The position numbers were made by a program, and so were the translations under genes. Shown in pieces: positions 1-6,893 of a DNA stretch of 24,000 bases. The notes under the pieces are model-generated. The model saw nothing but the letters and a program-made list of their open reading frames with translations, made no database searches and was not told the origin of the DNA. The number at the start of each line of letters is the position of its first letter. The first letter of the stretch is position 1. Source of the stretch: Bacillota bacterium (GTDB lineage Bacteria > Bacillota > Clostridia > Christensenellales > Aristaeellaceae); the NCBI GenBank assembly GCA_023416655.1, contig JAEZHK010000063.1:2028-26027 (forward strand), read 5' to 3'.

Positions 1-825
1 ACGCTTCTTAAGGCCATTCAGGTCCTTCATCCCACCACTTTCTGCGCGCCGCCCACCATTTATCGATACATGATCAAAGAGGATCTGACGGGTGTGGATC
101 TCAGCTTTGTGAAACACTCCGGCACCGCGGGTGAACCGCTGAATCCGGAGGTTTACAACCAAATCAAACAGAAAACAGGAATGGATTTGCACGAGGGGTT
201 TGGGCAGACGGAGACGTCGGTTCTGCTCGCGAATTTCGGATGGGATCCCATCAAGCCGGGTTCCATGGGAAAACCCTCTCCGCTGTACGGCATTAAGCTG
301 ATTGCGGAAGATGGCAGCGAGTGCGAAAACGGCGTGGTTGGCGCCATCTGTATCACCGGTACGGACAAGAAGCACCCGACAGGCTTGTTCAAGGGCTATT
401 ATCTGGACGAAGCAATTACTTCAGCGTGTTGGACGGACGGTGTTTACAGCACCGGAGACATGGCATGGCGTGATGACGATGGGTATTACTGGTTTGTTGG
501 ACGAAATGATGACGTCATCAAGTGTTCGGGATATCGCATCGGGCCGTTTGAGGTTGAGAACGCTTTGCTGGAGCACGCTTCCGTACTCGAATGCGCCGTC
601 ACGGCTACGCCTGACCCCGTTCGCGGACAGGTTGTGAAAGCCACGATCGTTCTGGCGAAAGGGTATACGGCATCCGAGGCGTTGGTCAAGGAACTGCAAA
701 ACCATGTCAAGGAAGTCACCGCGCCCTATAAATACCCGAGAGTGATTGAGTTTGTGGAGGAACTGCCCAAGACCATTTCGGGCAAAATCCGAAGAGTGCA
801 AATTCGTGAAAACGAGAAAAGGTAA
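1..825 (+). CDS. AMP-forming acyl-CoA synthetase/ligase (ANL superfamily), C-terminal portion; 5' end lies outside the window
   Basis: Frame 1 is open from nt 1 ([28 protein letters not shown]...), so the M at 70 is internal. It carries ANL motifs [38 protein letters not shown] and the C-terminal catalytic-Lys motif [10 protein letters not shown]. Stop TAA is at 823-825 and a hairpin follows. Confidence 0.85.
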   Translation, partial: TLLKAIQVLHPTTFCAPPTIYRYMIKEDLTGVDLSFVKHSGTAGEPLNPEVYNQIKQKTGMDLHEGFGQTETSVLLANFGWDPIKPGSMGKPSPLYGIKLIAEDGSECENGVVGAICITGTDKKHPTGLFKGYYLDEAITSACWTDGVYSTGDMAWRDDDGYYWFVGRNDDVIKCSGYRIGPFEVENALLEHASVLECAVTATPDPVRGQVVKATIVLAKGYTASEALVKELQNHVKEVTAPYKYPRVIEFVEELPKTISGKIRRVQIRENEKR

Positions 826-863
826 AAGCATCGGCAAGCGAATGTCGCGGCCAGCGATTAACG

Positions 864-894
864 AACCGCGCCCCCAACGGTGGCGCGGGTTTTA
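864..894 (+). terminator. Rho-independent terminator candidate after the acyl-CoA synthetase gene
   Basis: Stem aaccgcgcc (864-872) pairs with ggcgcgggtt (882-891) and runs into a tttaatatt tail. Confidence 0.6.
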
Positions 895-979
895 ATATTC
901 GCCGGATCGCCAGTGCATGAATCGCGCAGAATCTTCCGATCCAATAGTTAGAAAGTGCATATGTTGATTAAAAATTTGA

Positions 980-1008
980 TTGACATTCCGGCTGTAAAAA
1001 CATATTCT
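980..1008 (+). promoter_or_regulatory. Candidate sigma-70-type promoter for the cooT-acs operon
   Basis: TTGACA (980-985), a 17-nt spacer, then TATTCT (1003-1008). It sits in an AT-rich stretch 57 nt upstream of the cooT ATG. TTGATT occurs twice 11 nt apart (964-969, 975-980), overlapping the -35. Confidence 0.4.
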
Positions 1009-1064
1009 CAGAGCAACATGGGATTCGTCTATGGCCAAACGATCATGGTTGGAGGTTGAAAGCG

Positions 1065-1262
1065 ATGTGCGCGTCGAACGTTTTCCTGATCGACCGGGAG
1101 GGCAAAGAGAGCCTGATCTTCGAAGCCGTCGATAAAATCACGCCGTTCGCGGAGGGCGTCCTGCTCGAGGATATTTTTTTTACAACGAAGACCGTCAAGG
1201 CGAGGATCAAGGAAATGGCGCTGGTCGACCACCGCATCGTTCTGGAGGAGATCGGTGAATGA
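1065..1262 (+). CDS. cooT: CooT-family nickel-binding protein (65 aa)
   Basis: ATG at 1065 lies 9 nt after GGAGG (1051-1055), giving the N-terminus Met-Cys (MCASNVFLIDREGKE...). Length and pattern (MC...V.L...G......V......G.V.....F........I..(M/V)(A/D)L....I.LEE) match my recollection of Rhodospirillum rubrum CooT. The track start at 1056 is a TTG lying immediately after (adjacent to) the GGAGG. Confidence 0.7.
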   Translation: MCASNVFLIDREGKESLIFEAVDKITPFAEGVLLEDIFFTTKTVKARIKEMALVDHRIVLEEIGE

Positions 1263-1363
1263 AGCCCAAAACGGGCGGATCCGATACATAAAAACCCATT
1301 CCGGGGCCGTAGGGTTCCGGACATTGTGCGTTTTCAATAATACTGAGAAAGAGGTTGATCTGC

Positions 1364-2254
1364 ATGGCAAAGGCGAAAATCGTCGACGTGGTAAAGGGTG
1401 GAAAGGTTCTCGTGTCCGACGGGGCATGGGGCACGTTCCTGCAGCAAAAGGGCCTGGCGCCCGGCCAGTGCCCCGAGCTTTGGTGTGTCGACCGGTTTGA
1501 CGACGTCAAGGATATCGCCAAGAGCTACGTCGACGCCGGCGCGGATATGGTTGAGACCAACAGCTTTGGCGGCACATGCTTTAAGCTGAAGCATTACGGC
1601 CTCGCCGACAGGGTGGCCGAGATCAACGAAGCCTCCGCCAAGGCTTCGCGCGCGGCCGTCGGCGCGGACAAGTGGGTCATCGCCTCCATCGGCCCAACCG
1701 GCAAGATGCTCATCACCGAGGAAGTCACGGAGGACGAGCTCTACGAAGCGTTCAAGGAACAGGCGGTTGCGCTTGAAAAAGGCGGGGCCGACGCCCTCTG
1801 CATCGAAACGATGAGCGACAGGGAAGAGGCCGCCCTCGCGGTCAAGGCCGCGAAGGAGAACACGAACTGCGAGGTCATCTGCACATTCACCTTTGAAAAG
1901 TCCAAGCGCGGCGACTACCGCACCATGATGGGCGTTTCGCCCGTCGACGCGGCCGCAGCGGCCATCGAGGCGGGCGCGGACATCATCGGCACGAACTGCG
2001 GCAACGGCATCGAGCGCATGATCGAGATCGTCAAAGAAATGCGCGCGGCGTTCCCCGAAACCCCCATCCTCGTCCACGCGAACGCCGGACTGCCGGTCCT
2101 CCGGGATGGTAAAAACGTGTTCCCCGAGACGCCGGAGATGATGGCCGCGCGGGTCTTAGAGCTGATCGACGCGGGGGCGAACATCGTCGGCGGCTGCTGC
2201 GGCACGACGCCGGCGCACATCAAGGCGATGAAAGAGGTCGTCGAGAGCCGTTGA
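1364..2254 (+). CDS. Stand-alone homocysteine S-methyltransferase domain protein (MetH N-terminal Hcy-binding module type, Zn-dependent), 296 aa
   Basis: ATG at 1364 lies 9 nt after GAAAGAGG. Motifs are DGAWGTFL, AGADMVETNSFGG, IGTNCGNG and VGGCCGTTPAHI, i.e. the Cys...Cys-Cys zinc site of the S-methyl_trans fold. There is no pterin-binding or B12-binding domain. Confidence 0.8.
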   Translation: MAKAKIVDVVKGGKVLVSDGAWGTFLQQKGLAPGQCPELWCVDRFDDVKDIAKSYVDAGADMVETNSFGGTCFKLKHYGLADRVAEINEASAKASRAAVGADKWVIASIGPTGKMLITEEVTEDELYEAFKEQAVALEKGGADALCIETMSDREEAALAVKAAKENTNCEVICTFTFEKSKRGDYRTMMGVSPVDAAAAAIEAGADIIGTNCGNGIERMIEIVKEMRAAFPETPILVHANAGLPVLRDGKNVFPETPEMMAARVLELIDAGANIVGGCCGTTPAHIKAMKEVVESR

Positions 2255-2287
2255 TTCCTTAAAACAAGCATGCGGGAGGGAAACATC

Positions 2288-3361
2288 ATGAAGACGAAAT
2301 TGATCGCTTCGGGCATCGGCAGCATGCCGTTCACGGACGCGGATTACGCGGTACAGGTGTCGCTTAACAACATGGTCTACGCGCCCATCTGGCCCCAGCT
2401 CCCCAGGCTCGGCGTCAACGAGCAGATGGAAATCCAGTACAGCGAGGGCATCCCGAGCGCTGTGATCGATTATGACAAGGGCAGGATGTATTTCGACACC
2501 TCCGTCGATTACAGCGAACTCTTCGCGGAGTTCTACGAGAAGTACCTTGGCGCCATGGACCCCGACGGCGGCGACGGCGACTGCTCCTCCATGGCGATCA
2601 GCCCCGAATTCTCCAAGGGCATCTACGCGCTTGAAAAGGCGCTCAAGGCGAAGGGGGGCAAGCTACCCTTCGTGAAGGTGCAGACCACCGGCCCCTGCAG
2701 CATGGGCCTCACAATCGTGGACGAAAACAAGCGGGCGATTTATTACAACGACGAGTTCCGCGACGTCATCGTCAAGGCGCTGGCGATGAAGTGCCGCTGG
2801 CAGATCCAGAAATTCCAGCCCTATGCCGAAAAGGTGATCTGCTTCATCGACGAGCCGATCCTCTCCGCGTTCGGCAGCTCGACCTATGTGTCCGTCAAGC
2901 GGGAAGACGTCGTGGCGATGCTCGGCGAAGTCATCGAAGCCGTCCATGCGGATGGCGCGCTGGCGGGCATCCACTGCTGCGGCAATACCGAGTGGAGCAT
3001 CCTCATCGACGCGGGCGTTGACATCGTCAACTTCGACGCTTTCGATTACGGCAAGACCATCGCGTTCTACGCCGATTCCGTCAAGGCGCACCTCGAGCGC
3101 GGCGGCATCCTGGCCTGGGGCGTCGTGCCGACCAACAAGATCATCCAGTCGCAGACTGTCGAATCCCTCGAGACGCAGCTGGAAGCGGTCATGGACAACC
3201 TCGCCGCCACCGGGATCGACAAGCAGCTGATCCTGGAGCAGGCGATGATTACGCCCTCCTGCGGCACCGGCTCGCTGGAAACGGAGCACGCTGAAAAGGT
3301 GTTTGAGCTCCTCGGCAAGCTCTCCATCAGAATGCGGGAAAAGTACGGTTTCGCCAACTAA
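2288..3361 (+). CDS. MetE-like (cobalamin-independent methionine synthase catalytic-barrel-like, UROD/MetE superfamily) zinc methyltransferase, single barrel, 357 aa
   Basis: ATG at 2288 lies 7 nt after GGGAGGG. IHCCGN (His-x-Cys) is followed 24 residues later by an acidic residue in VDIVNFD, aligning to MetE HMCYS...ADVITIE. WGVVPTN resembles MetE GVYDIHSP. TPSCGTG resembles MetE NPDCG. It is roughly half the size of canonical MetE. Confidence 0.65.
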   Translation: MKTKLIASGIGSMPFTDADYAVQVSLNNMVYAPIWPQLPRLGVNEQMEIQYSEGIPSAVIDYDKGRMYFDTSVDYSELFAEFYEKYLGAMDPDGGDGDCSSMAISPEFSKGIYALEKALKAKGGKLPFVKVQTTGPCSMGLTIVDENKRAIYYNDEFRDVIVKALAMKCRWQIQKFQPYAEKVICFIDEPILSAFGSSTYVSVKREDVVAMLGEVIEAVHADGALAGIHCCGNTEWSILIDAGVDIVNFDAFDYGKTIAFYADSVKAHLERGGILAWGVVPTNKIIQSQTVESLETQLEAVMDNLAATGIDKQLILEQAMITPSCGTGSLETEHAEKVFELLGKLSIRMREKYGFAN

Positions 3362-3392
3362 CACTGGTTCTCAGTTTGAAAGGGGCCGAATC

Positions 3393-4172
3393 ATGAAAAT
3401 AGCTGTCTCGGGTAAAGGTGGCGTGGGCAAGTCCACAATTTCCGCGGCTTTGTCGCTGTATTTCGCGCAAAAAGGGCACAAAGTGCTGGCTCTCGACGCC
3501 GACCCGGATGCGAACCTCGCCTCTGCCCTGGGCATTCCGCATGAGGTGCAAAAGGGCATGGTGCCGATCTCCGATCAGGTCGAGATCATCGAGGAGCGGA
3601 CGGGCGCGAAGCTCAACGAGTACGGAAAGGTTTTTCAGCTCAACCCCAACGTCTCCGATATCGCCGAGAAATTCGCGTATACGCACAAGGGCGTATCGCT
3701 GATTGTGCTCGGCGCCATCAAGAACGGCGGCAGCGGCTGCGCCTGCGCGGAGAGTACCTTCCTGCGCGCCCTCGTCAACGACCTCGTGCTTTTCAAGAAC
3801 GAGACTTTGATCATGGACATGGAGGCGGGCATCGAGCACCTCGGGCGCGCGACCGCGTCGGGTGTCGATGTGATGATCGTCGTCGTGGAGCCCGGACAGC
3901 GCTCGATCGACTGCGCCAACACCATCCTCCGGATGACCGGGGAAATCGGCCTCAAGCGCGTCGTTTTTGTCGCCAACAAGGTGGCGAGCGCGGCGGAGGA
4001 AGCGTTCATCCGCGAATCCCTCGCGGGGCAGGAACTGCTCACCGTGATCCCCTTCTCCCAAACCTTGCGCGGCGCGGACCGGGACGGCGTTTCGGTTATG
4101 GACGTACTGGACGAGGGCCTTACGGCGCGGTTTGAGGAGCTTTTTGCCAAAGTCGAGGGTAAATCGCGATGA
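3393..4172 (+). CDS. cooC: CooC-type Ni-insertion ATPase (MinD/Mrp-like P-loop), paralog 1
   Basis: ATG at 3393 follows AAGGGG. It has the deviant Walker A GKGGVGKST, LDADPDANL and the metal-binding Cys-x-Cys GSGCACAES. The track's upstream extension to 3303 overlaps the previous gene. Confidence 0.85.
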   Translation: MKIAVSGKGGVGKSTISAALSLYFAQKGHKVLALDADPDANLASALGIPHEVQKGMVPISDQVEIIEERTGAKLNEYGKVFQLNPNVSDIAEKFAYTHKGVSLIVLGAIKNGGSGCACAESTFLRALVNDLVLFKNETLIMDMEAGIEHLGRATASGVDVMIVVVEPGQRSIDCANTILRMTGEIGLKRVVFVANKVASAAEEAFIRESLAGQELLTVIPFSQTLRGADRDGVSVMDVLDEGLTARFEELFAKVEGKSR

Positions 4173-4933
4173 GCTTCCTGATCGCCATCACCGGAAAGGG
4201 CGGCGTGGGCAAGACGACCATCGCCAGCCTCATCATCAAGCAACTCGTCGCCAATCGCCGCGCCCCCGTGCTGGCCATCGACGCCGACCCCAACAGCTGC
4301 CTCGACGCGGCGCTTGGGGTCAAGGCCCTGCGGACGGTCGGCGGCGCGCGCGAGGAAGTGCGCGCCGAGGTGCGCAGCGGCCTAAGCGGCATCTCCAAGC
4401 AGGAACTGTTGCAGCTCAAGATCTCCGAGAGCCTTGTGGAGGCCGAAGGCTTCGACCTGATCTCCATGGGCAGACCCGAAGGCGCAGGATGTTATTGCTA
4501 TGCCAATAACATCCTAAAGTCTGCAATCGCCCAGCTCTCCGGCCAATACCCCTATGTGGTGCTCGACAACGAAGCGGGGCTTGAGAACCTCTCGCGCCGC
4601 ATCGTCCAGAAGGTCAACGTGCTCGTCGTGGTATCGGACGTCTCCAACTCGGGCCTTGAGACGCTGAACAGGCTCTACAGCCTGGCGCGCGAGATGGACA
4701 TCCAGTACGACCGGCTCCTCCTGGTGGTCAACCGCCTGCGTACGGACAAACTGCCCGCAAAGATCGATCAGGTCATGGCGTTTACAAAGGCGGACGGCGT
4801 GATCGCTCTCCCCGACGACGCGGAGATCGCCACGTTTGCCGAGGAAAACAGGAGCTTTTTGCACCTGCCGGACGACAACCCGGTGCTGCGCAAGATCGAC
4901 GCCCTGGTTCTCAGCCTCAACGAAAATTGCTAG
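4169..4933 (+). CDS. cooC: CooC/AcsF-type Ni-insertion ATPase, paralog 2
   Basis: An ATGA overlap (4169-4172) with the upstream cooC suggests translational coupling. Motifs are GKGGVGKTT, IDADPNSCL and Cys-x-Cys GAGCYCYANN. I cannot tell from sequence which paralog serves the C-cluster and which the A-cluster. Confidence 0.85.
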   Translation: MSFLIAITGKGGVGKTTIASLIIKQLVANRRAPVLAIDADPNSCLDAALGVKALRTVGGAREEVRAEVRSGLSGISKQELLQLKISESLVEAEGFDLISMGRPEGAGCYCYANNILKSAIAQLSGQYPYVVLDNEAGLENLSRRIVQKVNVLVVVSDVSNSGLETLNRLYSLAREMDIQYDRLLLVVNRLRTDKLPAKIDQVMAFTKADGVIALPDDAEIATFAEENRSFLHLPDDNPVLRKIDALVLSLNENC

Positions 4934-4943
4934 GAGAAATAAG

Positions 4944-6893
4944 ATGGCAAAGGATTTTGTGGCAATCCAGGGAATGGTGAGCGACAACGCCTCCCTCGAA
5001 ATGTTGGGAAAGGCGCAGCTCGATTGCGTCAACACCTGCTTTGACCGCATGGATACACAGAAGAACCAGTGCGGCTTTGGAAAGAGCGGAATCTGCTGCC
5101 GTATCTGTCACATGGGCCCGTGCCGCATCTCGAAAAACGCGCCCAAAGGCGTTTGCGGCGCGGACGAGGACACGATTGTCGCAAGGAATTACCTGCGCGA
5201 GGTCGTCGGCGGAACCGCCGCCCACTCCGACCACGGCAGGCACCTGGTGCTGTGGCTGAAAAAGGTGGCGCAGGGCAAGGGCAACGGCTATACCATCAAG
5301 GACGAAAAGGCGCTTTATTACGCCGCCAAGCTGTACAAAATCGAGACGGAGGGCAAGGCGGTCAATGAGATCGCGCTCGAGCTCGCCAACCTCATGCTGG
5401 AGGAATTTTCCTCCCAGGAGGAGAGCCTGCGCACCCTGAAGCTCGCCCCTCCAAAGCGGCAAAAGGTATGGGAGAACCACGACATCGCGCCGCTGGGCAT
5501 TGACCGCATGGTGGTCGAGGCCATGCACCGGACGACGATGGGCGTCGATCACGATTATAAAAACCTGCTCATGCACGCCTTCAGGACGTCGCTGGCGGAC
5601 GGCTGGGGCGGCTCGCGCGTCGCGTCCATCGCGTCCGACATCCTGTTCGGCTCGCCGAGGCCCGTCAAGAGCGTGGCGAACCTCGGCGTCATCAAGGAAA
5701 ACACAATCAACATCATCATCCACGGACATGAGCCGGCGCTGTCCGAGATGCTCACCGTGGCGGTCGCCGACCCCGCGATCATCGCGTACGCGAAGGATGC
5801 CGGGGCGGAGGGGATCACCCTCGCGGGCATCTGTTGCACCGCCAACGAGATCCTGATGCGCCACGGTGTACCCGTCGCGGGCAACGTACTCCAACAGGAG
5901 CTGGCGATTGTCACGGGCGCGGTCGAGATGATGGTCATCGACGTGCAGTGCTGCATGCCGAGCCTGCCGGACGTGGCGAGCGCCTACCACACCGAGATCG
6001 TGTCCACTGCCGAGATCGCCAAGACAATCGGCGCGGCGCACATGAATTTCAGCGAGGAAAGCCCGCTGGAAAGCGCGAAAGCGCTGATCCGGCGTGCAAT
6101 CGACAACTATAAAAATCGCGACCCCAAGAAGGTCTCCATCCCGAGGGACAAGGAGCAGCTCGTCGCGGGCTTCAGCGTGGACGCCATCAAGCATATGCTC
6201 GGCGGCAAATACCGCGCCACCTTCCGCCCCCTGAACGACGCGATCATCCAGAACCGCATCGTGGGCGTCGTGGGCATCGTCGGCTGCAACAACCCCAAGA
6301 AGAAGACGGACGACTACACGAACATCCTCACCAAAGAGCTGATCAAGCGCAACGTGCTGGTCCTCAAGACGGGCTGCGCCGCCATCGCATCGGCGAAGGC
6401 GGGCATGCTGAAGCCCGAGATCGGCGTCGAGATGGCGGGCAGTGGCCTCCGCGAGGTCTGCGAGGCGGTCGGCATCCCCCCGGTTTTGCACATGGGCAGC
6501 TGCGTGGACAACGCGCGCATCCTCGAGGCGGCGACCGAGATCGTGTTCGAGGGCGGCCTGGGCGACGATCTAGCGGGACTCCCCGCGGTCGGCGTCGCGC
6601 CGGAGTGGATGAGCGAAAAGGCGGTCGCCATCGGCTGCTATTTCGTGGCTTCGGGCGTGGACGTCATCCTTGGGCATCCCTTCTACACGTCCGGCTCCCA
6701 GAAGGTGACGAAGTTCCTGTACGAGGATACCAAGGATCTCTTCGGCGCGTCCTTCCACCTGTGCGAAGACCCCATGGAGGCGGTGGATCGGATCATGTCG
6801 ATACTCGACGCCGCGCGGGAGAAGCTCGGCATCAACAAGAAGGCCGAACGAAAGCTCTTAGATATGAAGGACAGGAGAGACGCCGATGTCTAA
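4944..6893 (+). CDS. acsA: Ni-dependent carbon monoxide dehydrogenase catalytic subunit (CODH component of CODH/ACS)
   Basis: ATG at 4944 lies 5 nt after AGGAGA. B/D-cluster Cys pattern is CGFGKSGICCRICHMGPCR. All C-cluster ligand motifs are present: IIIHGHEP, GICCTANE, DVQCCMPS, VGCNNP, KTGCAA, HMGSCVDN. Confidence 0.95.
   Translation: MAKDFVAIQGMVSDNASLEMLGKAQLDCVNTCFDRMDTQKNQCGFGKSGICCRICHMGPCRISKNAPKGVCGADEDTIVARNYLREVVGGTAAHSDHGRHLVLWLKKVAQGKGNGYTIKDEKALYYAAKLYKIETEGKAVNEIALELANLMLEEFSSQEESLRTLKLAPPKRQKVWENHDIAPLGIDRMVVEAMHRTTMGVDHDYKNLLMHAFRTSLADGWGGSRVASIASDILFGSPRPVKSVANLGVIKENTINIIIHGHEPALSEMLTVAVADPAIIAYAKDAGAEGITLAGICCTANEILMRHGVPVAGNVLQQELAIVTGAVEMMVIDVQCCMPSLPDVASAYHTEIVSTAEIAKTIGAAHMNFSEESPLESAKALIRRAIDNYKNRDPKKVSIPRDKEQLVAGFSVDAIKHMLGGKYRATFRPLNDAIIQNRIVGVVGIVGCNNPKKKTDDYTNILTKELIKRNVLVLKTGCAAIASAKAGMLKPEIGVEMAGSGLREVCEAVGIPPVLHMGSCVDNARILEAATEIVFEGGLGDDLAGLPAVGVAPEWMSEKAVAIGCYFVASGVDVILGHPFYTSGSQKVTKFLYEDTKDLFGASFHLCEDPMEAVDRIMSILDAAREKLGINKKAERKLLDMKDRRDADV

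Noticed and set aside
913-959. Repeated heptamer agtgcat (913-919 and 953-959) upstream of the operon promoter, considered as a possible CO/redox-regulator site
   Set aside because: It is only 7 nt long and not palindromic. It does not resemble the CooA/CRP-like, Rex (TTGTTAA-N4-TTAACAA) or NikR operators I know, and it is compatible with chance.
1263-1363. Possible riboswitch (SAM or cobalamin) in the 101-nt gap upstream of the homocysteine methyltransferase-module gene
   Set aside because: I could not find the conserved cores I know (S-box GAGGGA/GCAACC-type elements, B12 box). Only weak short stems are present. A covariance-model scan would be needed.
1334-2077. A 247-aa antisense ORF opposite the homocysteine methyltransferase-module gene
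   Set aside because: It is a high-GC antisense artefact. The sense frame has the conserved Zn-Cys motifs.
3303-3392. N-terminal extensions proposed by the ORF track (3303 for cooC, 4836 for acsA, 21491 for GH4, 1355, 2270, 14949, 16947, 19913, 21296)
   Set aside because: Each extension overlaps the preceding gene or lacks an RBS. In each case an internal ATG or GTG sits 5-10 nt downstream of a GGAGG-like sequence and coincides with the conserved N-terminus of the family.
4917-6491. A 524-aa ORF antisense to the CODH gene
   Set aside because: It lies entirely inside the strongly supported acsA/cooS CDS. Its Arg/Asp/Gly/Ala/His-rich composition is typical of antisense frames in high-GC DNA. 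It has no recognisable motif or RBS.
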